From positions 81,160,001-81,224,000 of the forward strand of contig NC_086108.1 of NCBI RefSeq assembly GCF_963921235.1: 64,000 nucleotides of DNA. The letters run 5' to 3'. A program made the position numbers and the translations under genes. The notes below the pieces were generated by a model. That model was not told the origin of the DNA and did no database searches. It saw nothing but the letters and a program-made list of their open reading frames with translations. Origin of the DNA: Mobula hypostoma. Taxonomy: Eukaryota. Below are positions 12,615 to 25,459 of this stretch, one piece after another (the first letter of the stretch is position 1; each line of letters begins with the position of its first letter).

Positions 12615-13444
12615 ACTGCTTTCAATGCTGCGGGCATTTAGTCATACACCTGCATTGTTGGGAGCCAGTACTTTACATGCAGATGTGTGACTGCTGTAAG
12701 TACCCGCAGATGCAAAATTTTGTAATAATCCAATAGGGTTGAGCCTGCAGAAACTGACATAATGGGTATTATACAGGGTGGTCTGGTAGAACTATTCAGG
12801 AACCTTGCAAGAAAAGTTAGCCATTGTTATGGGACTTGAGACTTTTAATGCTGTTAAAATGTAATAAAACAATTTGTAGACCTCATTCTTTATACACTAT
12901 TATGGGTACCCGTGGATAAACAGCATATATTGCCCATCCTCAGTTGGCCTTCTCAGGAACCAGTTATTGGTCAATTAGTTTTCTGAGTCTGGAGGTCAGG
13001 TAAGAGTGTTAAATTTCTTCTCTAAAAGACAATTGTGAACCCAGATGAATTTTTGCACTATCTAATGATGTCATGGTCACTATTACTGATGTTATCTCCT
13101 TTTAGATTATAATTATTCAAGTAATTATTTAACTACTTGAAATTAAGCATTAGTTGTTACAGTGCAAGGATGTATTCTGGAGTTAGGGTACATAAAGATA
13201 TTAAGCTTAACAGCAGCCCTTATAACCATATAACAATTACAGCAGGGAAACAGGCCATCTCGGCCCTTCTAGTCTGTGCCGAACTCTTACTCTCACACGT
13301 GAACATAGATTGTACATTACATTTAAAATGCTCCCCTGAACAATAGTTTTCCTGGGGCCGTGGACACCAATTCATTGAAAACCAATGATTAACACTCACT
13401 TTGAGTGTCTGGAGTGTGGGTGCGAAGAAGGTGTTTGATAATTA

Positions 13445-15048
13445 CAGACCCCATTTCCAGAAAAGTTGGGATATTTTCCAAAATGTAATAAAAACAAAAA
13501 TCTGTGATATGTTAATTCACGTGAACCTTTACTTAACTGACAAAAGTACAAAGAAAAGATTTTCAATAGTTTTACTGACCAACTTAATTGTATTTTGTAA
13601 ACATACACAAATTTAGAATTTGATGGCTGCAACACACTCAACAAAAGTTGGGACAGAGGCATGTTTACCATTGTGTTACATCACCTTTCCTTTTAATAAC
13701 ACTTTTTAATCATTTTGGAACTGAGGATACTAATTGTAGTAGATTTGCAACTGGAAGTTTTGTCCGTTCTTGCTTGATGTAAGACTTCAGCTGCTCAACA
13801 GTCCGTGAACTCCGTTGTCTGATTCTCCTCTTCATGATGCGCCATACATTTTCAATAGGAGATAGATCTGGACTGGCATCAGGCCAGTCAAGCACATGCA
13901 CTCTGTGTCTACAAAGCCACGCTGTTGTAGCCCGTGCAGAATGTTGTCTGGCATTGCCCTGCTGAAATAAAGCATGGACGTCCCGGGAAGAGACGTCGCC
14001 TTGATGGCAACATATGTCTCTCTAAAATCCTAATATACGTTTCAGAGTCAATGGTACCTTCACATACATGCAACTCACCCATACCGTGGGCACTGATGCA
14101 CCCCCATACCATCACAGATGCTGGCTTTTGCACCTTCGTTGATAACAATCTGGATGGTCGTTTTCATCTTTGGCACGGAGAACTCGACACCCATTTTTTC
14201 CAAAAACTAGCCGAAATGTGGACTCATCTGACCACAGCACACGGTTCCACAGTCTTTCAGTCCATCTGAGATGAGCTTGGGCCCAGAGAACTCGCCGGCA
14301 TTTCTGCATAGAGTTGATGTATGGCTTCCTCCTTGCTTAATACAGTTTCAGGTTGCATTTCTGGATGCAGCGACGGACTGTGTTGAGTGACAATGGTTTT
14401 CCGAAGTACTCCTGAGCCCAGATGGCTATAATTATCACAGTAGCATGAAGGTTTCTTAGGCAGTGCCGCCTGAGGGCTCGAAGATCACACGCATTCAACA
14501 GTGGTTTCCGACCTTGCCTTTTGCACACTGAGATGTCTCTGAATTCTCTGAAACTTTTCACAATATTATGTACTGTAGATGTTGAAAGACCTAAATTCTC
14601 TGCAATCTTGATTTGAGAAATGTTCCTTTTGAACTGACTAACAATTCTCTTATGAATTTTGGCACAAAGGGGTGAGCCACGACCCATCCTTGCTTGCAAA
14701 GACTGAGCCTTTGATGGACGCTACTTTTATACCCAGTCATGATACCTCACCTGCAACCAATTAGCCTGCTTAATGTGGAGTCTTCCAAACCGGTGTTACT
14801 TGAATATTCTGTGCCCTTTTCAATCTTATTTTAACTCTGTCCCAACTTTTGTTGAGTGTGTTGCTGCCATCAAATTCTAAATTTGTGCATGTTTACAAAA
14901 TACAATTAAGTTGGTCAGTAAAACTATTGAAAATCTTTTCTTTGTACCTTTGTCAGTTAAATAAAGGTTCACGTGAATTAACATATTACAGATTTTTGTT
15001 TTTATTGCATTTTGGAAAATATCCCAACTTTTCTGGAAATGGGGTTTG
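13445..15048 (-). mobile_element. Full-length Tc1 DNA transposon, IR/DR type
   Basis: TA TSD on both sides. TIRs of about 210 bp (CAGACCCCATTTCCAGAAAAGTTGGGA / TCCCAACTTTTCTGGAAATGGGGTTTG), each with an inner repeat of AAAAGTTGGGA. Confidence 0.97.
13665..14687 (-). pseudogene. Tc1 DD34E transposase pseudogene
   Basis: MGRGSPL..HTH region, GRKP, WSDESTF, VMVWGC, WPDASPDLSPIENVW. Several stops and frameshifts; second catalytic D appears mutated (QQGNA). Confidence 0.95.
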
Positions 15049-15211
15049 TACAAACGTATATGTAATTCAAAGGAAGTTTTGTAACTATAGAATTTGTCCT
15101 GCTTTTAAAAACGCAAACACAAGGAAATCTACAGATGCTGGAAATTCAAGCAACACCCACAGAAAATGCTGGTGAACGCAGCAGGCCAGGCAGCATCTAT
15201 AGGAAGAGGTA

Positions 15212-15248
15212 CAGTCGACGTTTCGGGCGGAGACCCTTTGTCAGGACT
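15212..15248 (-). ncRNA. Minimal hammerhead-ribozyme motif
   Basis: Minus strand AGTC-CTGACAA-A-GGG-TCTCCG-CCC-GAAA-CG-TC-GACTG (one core G-to-A change). Confidence 0.65.
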
Positions 15249-17026
15249 CACTGAAAGAAGAGATAGGAAGAGATTTGAAAGTGGGAGGGGGAGATCCAAA
15301 AAGATAGGAGAAGACAGGAGGGGGAGGGAGGGAGCTAAGAGCTGGAAAGTTGATTGGCAAAAGGGATACCAGACTGAAGAAGGGAGAGGATCATGGGACG
15401 GGAAGCCTAGGGAGAAAGAAAGGGGGAGGGGAGCCCAGAGGGTGGAGAACAGGCAAGGAGTTATAGTGAGAGGGACAGAGGAAGAAAAAAGAGAAAGAGA
15501 AAACAAGGGGGAAAAAGAAAATTAAAAATAAATAAATAAATAAGGGATGGGGTATGAAGGGATGTTCCAAGCCTATTCTGGTATCTGTCCCTGCTTTTCC
15601 TTCGTTACATCAACGACTGCATTGGCGCTGCTTCCTGCACGCATGCTGAGCTCGTTGACTTCATTAACTTTGCCTCCAACTTTCATCCTGCCCTCAGGTT
15701 TACCTGGTCCATTTCCGACACCTCCCTCCCCTTTCTGGATCTTTCTGTCTCTAACTCTGGAGACAGCTTATCTACTGATGTCTACTATAAGCCTACGGAC
15801 TCTCACAGCTACCTGGACTATTCCTCTTCTCACCCTGTCTCTTGCAAAAATGCCATCCCTTTCTCGCAATTCCTCTGTCTCAGCCGTATCTGCTCTCAGG
15901 ATGAGGCTTTTCATTCTAGGACGAGGGAGATGTCTTCCATTTTTTAAAGAAAGGGGCTTCCCTTCCTCCACCATCAACTCTGCTCTCAAACACATCTCCC
16001 CCATTTCACGCACATCTGCTCTCACCCCATCCTCCCGCCACCCCACTAGGAATAGGGTTCCCCTGGTCCTCACCTACTACCCCACCAGCCTCTGGGTCCA
16101 ACATATAATTCTCCGTAACTTCCACCACCTCCAAAGGGATCCCACCACCAAGCACATCTTTCCCTCCCCCTCTTTCTGCTTTCCACAGGGATCGCTCCCT
16201 ACATGACTCCCTTGTCCATTCGTCCCCCCCATCCCTTCCCACCGATCTCCCTCCCGGCACTTATCCTTGTAAGTGGAACAAGTGCTACACATGCCCTTAC
16301 ACTTCCTCCCTCACCACCATTCAGGGCCCCAGACAGTCCTTCCAGGTGAGGCGACACTTCACCTGTGAGTCAGCTGGGGTGATATACTGCGTCCGGTTCT
16401 CCCGATGTGGCCTTCTATATATTGGCGAGACCAGATACAGATTGGGAGACCGCTTTGCTGAACACCTACGCTCTGTCTGCTAGAGAAAGTAGGATCTTCC
16501 AGTGGCCACACATTTTAATTCCATATCCCATTCCCATTCTGACATGTCTATCCACGGCCTCCTCTACTGTAAAGATGAAGCCACACTCAGGTTGGAGGAA
16601 TAACACCTTATATTCTGTCTGGGTAGCCTCCAACCTGATGGCATAAACATTGACTTCTCTAACTTCCGTTAATGCCCCTCCTCCCCTTGTACCCAATCCC
16701 TTATTTATTTATTTGATTGTTTGTTTGTTTGTTTATTTATTTCCCCCCCCTTTTTTTTCCCTCTTTCTTTTTTCTCCCTCTGTCCCTCTCACTATAACTC
16801 CTTGCCTACTCTCCATCCTCTGGGCTCCCCTCTCCCGCTTTCTTTCTTCCCAGGCCTCCCATCCCATGATCCTCTCCTTTCTCCAGCTCTGTATCCCTTT
16901 TGCCGATCACCTGTCCAGCTCTTGGCTCCATCCCTCCCCCTCCTGTCTTCTCCTATCATTTCGGATCTCCCCCGCACACTCCCACTTTCAAATCTCTTAC
17001 TATCCCTTCTATCCCTTCTCTCAGTT

Positions 17027-17063
17027 AGCCCTGACCAAGGGTCTCGGCCCGAAACATCGACTG
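17027..17063 (+). ncRNA. Minimal hammerhead-ribozyme motif (mutated)
   Basis: AGCC-CTGACCA-A-GGG-TCTCGG-CCC-GAAA-CA-TC-GACTG. Confidence 0.55.
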
Positions 17064-20059
17064 TACCTCTTCCTATAGATGCTGCCTGGCCTGCTGTGTT
17101 CACCAGCATTTTTTGTGTGAATTTATCCTGCTGTTGCCTTTAATGTTTAGCATATAAAGTGTCATGTAATATGGGGTCGAGCAGACCTCTTCTTCTGTCT
17201 CATTTTGTTGAATAAAACACTTGTGCATCCACTAGCTTCAGTGTCCCTCCGGTGACTTTGTTCATGTTACAACAGGTGGGATGCAGACTTATGTCTCACA
17301 CCTCCTCACACTCCTTACATGTCCTAACATGTCCAGATTTCTTCTTACTTGTAAAATGCATTGGGCTCTCTTGACGTCATGAAGTTCGCCATTATAAGTG
17401 TAAGATTAGTTTGCAGGGAATGACGCGATGAAAGCTGTAAGTTTGAGTGCTGAATTTGCCTTGACAAATTGATATAGAATTTCTTGTAGGCAGTGCGTCC
17501 TGTGGCTAGAAAACACTGGTGATGGAGAAGTTGATGATCGGGACGATCAATCAAACAGACTATTTTGTCTTGTGTAATGGCAATCCCATTGAATATCGGT
17601 GCACATGTGACTTGCAACTCTTTGTATGTTGAATTAAATGTAATCATTAACATGATTGCATATTTCCTTGTTTTATCCCATTGGAATACACTGTCAATCT
17701 TCAACTGCTCTTATGCCTTGAAGTGTGTAATATTACGATCTTATTCAGTAATGACTCACATTGATATAGTTCTCAATGTCTCAGGACTTTATAATCAATT
17801 AAGTATATTTTGTAGAGTTATTAGAAATGTCCTACTATATAATTCATGACAGAAAAACCCCACCTACAATGTTATAAATTATTTATGCCCCACTTCTTAT
17901 TGTCAGTAATAATGATTTTGGTAAATATTTTTCTTTTGTTGGACAAACACAGCTGTCAGCCACCCATATTTTAAGAAGTGCTTTACGACCTCAGTAAAAG
18001 GATGCTTATTTTTTTGTACATGTTTGCCCACATTCCAGCATGTCACAACCATGTCTGATACAAATGTGTATAGCTCAGTTTGCGTTTGCCAGTTTACCTT
18101 GTAAATCACTGACTGTTTCACTCTGAACTGTTCTACTGCTTCAAGATATACCAAAAAGGGGAAAACTCTATGGGGGTTGCATTCACTGATGTGCATCTGT
18201 GCTGTTGCGTGCTCTTAACTTGCCAATAAAATAAAGAAACAGAGGATGGTGAGGGAAAGTCAATTGGAAGAAATGCGACTGACAGACAGCCGAAGAATGA
18301 GCACAATGTAAAACAGTGATATCCACAGTAGATAATAACAGGCGGAAAGGGCAGCTTTACCGCCACTAAGAATTTCAGTAGTTCCAGTTATAATGATTTA
18401 AGTTGAAATTTAGTTGAGCACAGAGGCATAGAGAAGTGCAAGGCAGAAACAGGCCCCTTGGCCTATCTAAATAAAGATTAGCCTTGACTGTGCTGTGTGG
18501 GATATGTAGTTTTAAAATCTTTCTTTTTTTTTTGATTTTTTTTTAGTGTGGACAAGGAGTGGTTAATGTCGGCAGCTTTGCACATGCATTATTATCGAAC
18601 CCACTCCGGCTTCAGCCTTCCTGTGCCATTCTCTTGGCGTAGGAATGCTAGCAGCAGAGGGACAGTGTTTTACAAAATGATTTGTAATGTATCACAGTCT
18701 CCTTCTGGAGGTCAGATTTGTGAGGGTGTGACTTAGAAACAGGAAGGGTCTCCCTAATTCTTTAATAACCCAAGTAAGCTCAGAGGGTCACAAGCTTTCA
18801 AGCCAATAACCCCTCTTGACATGATGTAATACAGAACAGGGTTGTTTAGCTTTGTGGCTATGAATGCACGCATTTGTTCTTTCATTAAGACCCTCAGACA
18901 GATCATAGCTGCATGGAGAATGAAAAAAGAGCCCTGTGTTTGGTAAGTGGGATGTAAGCCCAGACATATTGCCAAGAAGTCTTCTGTTTTTGAAAAAAAA
19001 CGTCCTCAGTTGTTGTGATTAGGAGGGAGATTTTCTGGAAGTACACACTTCCAGACTGGGAAATAATTGGCATCTGCTGACTTGTTGACTGGAGCACTGG
19101 AACCTGAGCTTAGATGTGGTCTTTCCTTTACCACATTCAGCTTGCTGTGGAATGAGATGAGGAGATCCAAAGTTCATTAGAATGTTTCTTCACTGAAGAA
19201 TCCTGGTAAAGCTCTGACTATTTAGAACCGGAGTAAATAGATCTTCTCAAATTGTAAGTACACATGTGACTGAATTTCAAACAAAAGGGTGATTTATCTG
19301 TTTTCAAAGTCTTTGAAAATAAATTTAATGAAGTTCGTATGTTTTTATATCCCTCAGGATTTGCACTTGCACTTAGTGTGACCTGTGCTAGATGTCTTCC
19401 TTGCCTCTGGCTGCAAAATTCCATTCTTGGACAGTCAAGAATATTGGCATGGTCTCTGAAAGGGATCACAATAATGACATACTTTATGTAAGAGGAGGTA
19501 GCACATTGGGTTGAGGGTATATTTTTTAACCTCCATTAAAACCATTACATTGTTCACTGAACCAGCTGTGAAGGCGTTGCCACTCTGTATATCCTTTCCC
19601 ACCCACATCCTTGTGTAAATGTACCTGACCTCTTGTTGGTGTGCAGCTGATTGTCTTGACCAGGGAAGAAACAAAGTGATTAAAAGCAGACAGAAAGAAG
19701 CGTACAGCATCAGATATTTCTCCTTTCTTTCCTTCTAAGTCAGCAAATGTGGATCATTTATTTAATCTTTTCATATCTCCAGCAGATAATCATGTGTTAC
19801 CACAATATTTAACGCTAACTGTATCCTCAAAACATTGATAAAAGGCCCTGATTATTATTAATTAGTATTCTCTCATCACCTTAGGAAGTTTCAGAAATGG
19901 ATATATTTAAATCAACATTTTACAATTACCAGTTGAATTTGAATAAATAAGAAGCAAATAAAAATTCATATATTTAAGATGAACTTGTGCCTAAGTACCA
20001 TGCAAGGTTCATCTTGTGAACAGAGCATGTAACTCCTTCCATTGGCATCAAGTGACCTT

Positions 20060-20300
20060 CTTATCTATCTGTACAGCACGGGTACAGACACTGGCAGCCC
20101 AATGAGCCCATGCCACCCAGTTACGCCATGTGACCAATTAACCTACATCTTTAGAACATGGGAGGAAACCAAAGCACTCAGAGGAAACCAATGTGGTCAC
20201 AGGCAGAATGTAGAAACAATATACAGACAGCAGTGGAACTAAACCTTGTTTGCTGGCATGGTAACGGCATTGCACTAACGTCTCAGCTACTGTGCCAGCC
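20060..20300 (-). mobile_element. V-SINE/HE1-type SINE
   Basis: GGGAGGAAACC..AGCACTCAGAGGAAACC..GGTCACAGG..GAATG is the reverse of the V-domain; homologous to 57350-57590. Confidence 0.75.
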
Positions 20301-21334
20301 TTAATTCTCTCATCACCAATATCCTGGACCTTATCACTGGCTACAAATTTAATCCAACTTGTCAGTAAAATGCGATGAATGCTAGACTGTTAATTATTGT
20401 GTCTTCAGACCCTATCTCAGTATGATCTTCTCTCTTGCATTAATCATTGTTGTCGCCGCTGGAGAGAAAATGCCAATGTTTTCGAAGTTATGCCTGTTGA
20501 CAAAAGAACTCTGTAGCCAGTGGTGATGAATATACAATAGCAGTTCCATGGTGCTCACGCTGAAAACCAGGGCTGGAACAGAGTGATCTTCAGCTGTCCA
20601 ACCAGGTGCAGCTCCAAGAACACTCAAGAACTTCAGTGACATCCAGCACAGAGCAATTGAACTGACTGGCACTTTATCCACTGGAGAAACATGCACAAAA
20701 TATAAATGAAAACTCAGCAAGGTTTTGTTGGAAGCATTTCCAAACAACAAGTTCTCCACTATCCAGAAGGACATAGAGCTTGGATGTAAGGGGTATCAGT
20801 CACCTTGTTATTCCTCTCAAAAACCCTTAACCCCAGTAATTACACCTCTTCCTTCCATCACAAAACCTGCTTCTATGATCAGGGAAGCTCTGTGTTTGAT
20901 CCAGCCCAGGGGTACAGTTGGGACCCTCACTAGAATTGGTATCTTCTGCTTTTGGAACCCATCTCACTTTGGGAGGATCGCTCCTTCAGTTGGGCCCCCA
21001 GTTTACTGATTGGTTTTCTGGGAATCAAAACTGTCCTATCCCTGACTTGCATGATTTATGCCACCCTGTCCTCCTTAGCTATGGCTGTGTGCTCAAACCT
21101 CCAAGCCGTGAATCAGACAGGGAATTTATTGGCAAAATTTGAAATCCAGCACTTAAGACATGCAGCCCATTTAAGAATCCATTGCTTCCAGTTGCCTGAC
21201 CTGTTAAACTAGCACCACATCACCCAAGAGAGTCCAGGCTAAGTTCCAGCACATAACCTTTAACAGAATTGAGATATTTTAGAGAATGACCAGGTCTTCA
21301 ATGTACATCACCCACTATGGTGTTTGCAATCTTG

Positions 21335-22846
21335 AGGCAAATTTGGGTGGATAAATCTCCAGTGCCTGACAAGGTGTTCCCTCGGACCCTGTGGGAAACA
21401 AGTACAGAAATTTCCAGGACCCTAGCAGAGATATTTAAATCATCCATAGCAACAGGTGAGGCATCAGAAGACTAGAGGATAGCCAGTGTTGTTCCACTAT
21501 TCAAGAAAGGCTCTGAAAGTAAACCAGGAAACTATAGATCAGTGAGCCTGACATCAGTAGTAGGAAAGTGTTCTGAGGGACCAGATATATAAGTATTTGG
21601 AAAGATATGGACTGATCAAGGATAGTCAACATGGCTTCATGCATGGTAGATCATGTCTACCATGCTTTCGAGAAAGTTATCAGGAAAGTTGATGAAGGCA
21701 AGGCACAAAATGTTGTCTACATTGACTTCAGTGAGGCATTTGACAAGGTCCTATATTGGAAGTTACTCAAGAAGGTTCAGTCACTTGGCGTTCAAGATGA
21801 GGTAGTAAATTGGATTATACATTGGCTCTGAGGGTAGTAGGTGGTTGCCTCTCTGACTGGAGACCTGTGACTAGTGATGTGCCACAGGGATTGGTGCTAG
21901 GTCCATTGTTACTTGTCATCTATATCAATGATCTGGATGAAAATGTGGTTAACTGGATCATTAAATTTGCGAATGACACCAAGACTGAGGGAGTGATAGA
22001 CAGCGAGGAAGGCTATCATGGCTTGCAGCAGGAACTGGACCATATGGAAAAATGGGCTGAAAAATGGCAGATGGAATTGAATGCAGTCAAGTGCGAGGTG
22101 TTAATCTTTAGTAGGACAACCCAGGGTAGGTCTTACACAGTGAACAGTAGGACACCGAGGAATGTTATAAAACAAAGGGTTCCGGGAATACAGATAGATA
22201 GGGACATAAAGAAAGTGTTTGGTACATTGGCCTCCATGAACCAAAGTACTGAGTATAGGAGATGGAATGTTATGTTGAAGCTGTATAAGACATTAGTGAG
22301 ACCTAATTTGAAGCATTGTGTGCAGTTTTGGTCACCTGCATACAGGAAAGATGCAAATAAGGTTGAAAGCGTACAGAGAAATTTTACAAGGATATTAACG
22401 GGTCAGAGGACCTGAGCCATATGGAAAGACTGAATAGGTTAGGACTTCATTCCTTGGAATGTGGTAGATTAAGAGGAGATTTGATAGAGGTATACCAAAT
22501 TATGAGGAGTATAGACAGGGCAAATGCAAGCAGGCTTTTCCCACTGAGGTTGGGTAGGACTCAACTAGAGGTCATAGGTTAAAGGTGAAAAGTTTAAGAA
22601 GAATATGAAGGGAGACTTCTTCACTCAGAAGATCGTGAGAGTGTGGAACGTGCTGAGAGCATAGATGGTGCATGCAAGCTTGATTTCAACATTTAAGTGA
22701 AGTTTGGATAGGTACATGGATGGTAGGGGTATGGATGGCTATGGTCCTAGTGCAAGTCAATGGAAATAGTCAGTTTAAAACGTTCAGCATGGACTAGATG
22801 GGCCAAAGGGGGCCGGTTTCAGTGCTGTACTTTTCTATAACTCTGT
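21335..22846 (+). mobile_element. CR1 LINE RT and 3' end
   Basis: VYIDFSEAFDKV, VTSDVPQGLVLGPLL..YINDLD..KFANDTK, YKTLVRPNL motifs. Confidence 0.95.
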
Positions 22847-24112
22847 GACACCCAATGGTTAATTATTTCATTAAATTACATCAAACCGTCTGTCTGTTTT
22901 ATTGGATGATGGCTCCTGATTAAAGTTTTCTTACTTACAGCTTCTCAGATCACTTTTGATCATTTATTTGTTTCATTACTACTTGCTTTTGTACTACCAT
23001 TCCCTTTATTAATTCGTCCTCCCTGTCATCCACCTTACCACATACCTCCTTTTCTTCAATCCTCTCCACAACTTTGGCCACATTTCTTCTTTTCCCACTA
23101 AAGAATTTCTTTCAAAATTTGGTAATTAGTTTCTGTTAAGGGGTCATGATATGAATCAACGTATATTTTGAGCGTTATGGGTTTCTGTCAAGCTTCCCTG
23201 TGTGTTATGTATTGAACGTAACATGGGAGGGCATTCTGGGTAGATGACGTACAAGCAAAATGAACAGCTGCTTGTTTGTTCTTCGCCTTGACGTCTCTCA
23301 TCTGTGTTATTCACGCCCACCCAGCTTTCCAGTATCATAAACATAAGTTACCCACCTAAAGTATTAACTTTGTTTTTTCCTTTGGTTATTATGTATTTCC
23401 AATATATGTTTCCTTTTACTTCAGATTCCCAACATTAATGCATTTGCCTTTGTTTTATTGCTTTTAATGACATAGGTTACCTATTGTAAAAGCTTCACTT
23501 AAACTGCGCCTTTCTCCTTGAGTCAAGTAAAAATGAACTGTTTTGTTTTTACAGCCAAATGACACCCCAGTCATTAGGAAGCAAAATAAAGAAGCAATTT
23601 TAACATAAGTTATTGTGTAATTTTAATTAATATAATTGTGAAAATAAATGGCACAATGTTATAAGACACAGGGAAGTTAAAGCTTGTTGTGGCAAAGAGC
23701 CAACCAAAACCACACCCAATAGATCAAAGAGTCTTTGCAGCCCAGGGACTAATATCTGTAAAGGATGTAAGATGTACCACACTTCCACCCACATTCAGGA
23801 ATGAAAATAGCTACTGATAATTTTCTTTTCTAATCCCAAGTAGATATTATTAACTATAGACCCTCAAAGGGAAGTTAACCTCCCAAGAAGAATAAAAAGG
23901 ACTACGTTTACATTATGTCTCTTACCAAGGCAAAATGTCGCTTTGCAGAGATGTAATCAAATGATGACTGGCATTGAGTCAAAGAGGAAGGATTACTAAA
24001 ATGTTGGGTATGGAGGCAAGGTTTAAGCAGGAGACTTAGTAGTCACAGAATGAGAAGTGAATGGGGGGAAGGTTTAGTGAGGGGAAATATAAAACTACTT
24101 GCGTGAAAACAT

Positions 24113-24299
24113 CAAACAAGGGAAAATCTGCAGATGCAGGAAGTCCAAGCAACAGACACAAAATGCTACAGGAACTCAGCAGGCCAGGCAGCATCTATGG
24201 AAAAAGAGTACAGTCGATGTTTTGGGCCCGAAACTTTGACTGTACTCTTCTCTGTAGATGGTGCCTGGCCTGCTGTGTTCCTCCAGCATTTTGTGTGTG
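24113..24299. mobile_element. Penelope-derived hairpin insertion folding back at hammerhead stem II, 14-bp TSD
   Basis: TSD TTGCGTGAAAACAT (24099-24112) / TTGTGTGAAAACAT (24300-24313); centre CAGTCGATGTTTT-GGGCCC-GAAACTTTGACTG. Confidence 0.9.
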
Positions 24300-24544
24300 T
24301 TGTGTGAAAACATGCCTGGTAATAGCATGGCTGAAATGAAGAATGCATGAGAAAGCCCAAACTCAGAAGACACAAGGTACTCTAAGAGTTGTGACAAGGT
24401 TGAAAAGATGGGAACAGTTAGTCAATTGGATGTTTGAAATCACGGATTTTGATTTGGTAAAGTTTAGAATTTAAGCCATTACACTGTATATCATCTGGAG
24501 CAGAAAGTGGATGGGTAAATTACTTCACATTTGAACATAAGCAG

Positions 24545-25219
24545 CCACAAACTTGGCAGCTACTATATGTTGGTGGCCACTTTCTTGTATTTTTTTCTTT
24601 TTTGTATTGACCCTCCCTGCTTAACACAAGCAGTTTAGAATGTGGTCAATGAGCAATTGATGAAGGAAATGCAAGAACAGTTGAATCCAGAGGTGACAAA
24701 ATATTTGGAGGAACATGATAGCAAAAGGGATTTATTAGAAGAAGAGATGGGTTGTGTTATGGAACTGGAAGTCAAGGATATTTTGTATAATGGGTAAGAA
24801 GAATGCGGTTAGAATTCTAATATCTGTGTGAGGATGGGCAGGCTCGATGGGCCAGATGGTCTTTTCTCGTCTGTCATTCTTGCACCTTTGTCATTTACTT
24901 TCACCCTGCTTCTTTTGTTCAATGATACGGATAGGCTTTGAAATTAATCCACAAACTTTCAAATTATCCTTGAACAAGCTTAGCCCTGCAAACTATGAAC
25001 ATCAATGAAAAAAAATGATGGAACAATGTTTAAGCGTTGTGTACTGTGACCTGCAAACTGTAGGAAGTGGTGGTGCTGGCAGGGTATATTTAAGGTTTGG
25101 CAACATAGGTTGCATATTTAAACTTTGCCCACAAACTTGGCAGTTAATATATGTTACTGGTCATTTCTTGTTTTTCTCTTCTTTGTATTGACCCACCCTG
25201 CTTAATACAAGAAGTCTAG
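24545..25219 (+). repeat. Diverged direct repeat of about 92 bp (24545-24638 and 25129-25219)
   Basis: CCACAAACTTGGCAG..TATATGTT..TTTGTATTGACCC.CCCTGCTTAA.ACAAG occurs twice. Confidence 0.85.
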
Positions 25220-25459
25220 TTGGCAACTTCATAGCCTAACTGATCAAGTTTATTAATTTGATTATGAATGATATGAACTACTAATATTAAAATCTGACAG
25301 ACAGTACCAGGAAACTGGCTTTAGATGCATTGAGTGTAGCTATGTAAATTTATTGATTGGTGAATGAACATCATTTAAAACATGCAAATATCTACATAAG
25401 TATTTAAATTGTATTATTATACTAATAGCTAAGCAAATTACTCCAAGGTGAAGAATGTA

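Larger units (their letters stand above)
15107..17118 (+). mobile_element. Penelope-like element (RT C-terminus, GIY-YIG endonuclease, 3' terminal region) with an inverted terminal arm at 15107-15560
   Basis: FLRYINDC (YIDD), LPFLDL, YYKPTDSHSYLDYSSSHP, GVIYCV..CGLLYIGET (GIY-YIG), RFAEH. TSD GAATTTGTCCTGCTTTT (15090-15106) / GAATTTATCCTGCTGTT (17119-17135). Confidence 0.95.
13432..17274 (+). mobile_element. Probable small solo LTR (about 210 bp reconstructed) split by the Tc1 and Penelope insertions
   Basis: Removing both inserts gives TGTTTG...TATAAA...AATAAA...TGTTACAACA (TG..CA ends, TATA box, polyA signal). TSD is unconvincing (GAAGG/GGTGG). Confidence 0.45.

Noticed and set aside
15547..16206. 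219-aa ORF as a host gene
   Set aside because: Frameshifted Penelope RT sequence.
17345..17704. 119-aa minus-strand ORF ending near a GTAAG donor
   Set aside because: No recognisable homology and no convincing acceptor; could be chance.
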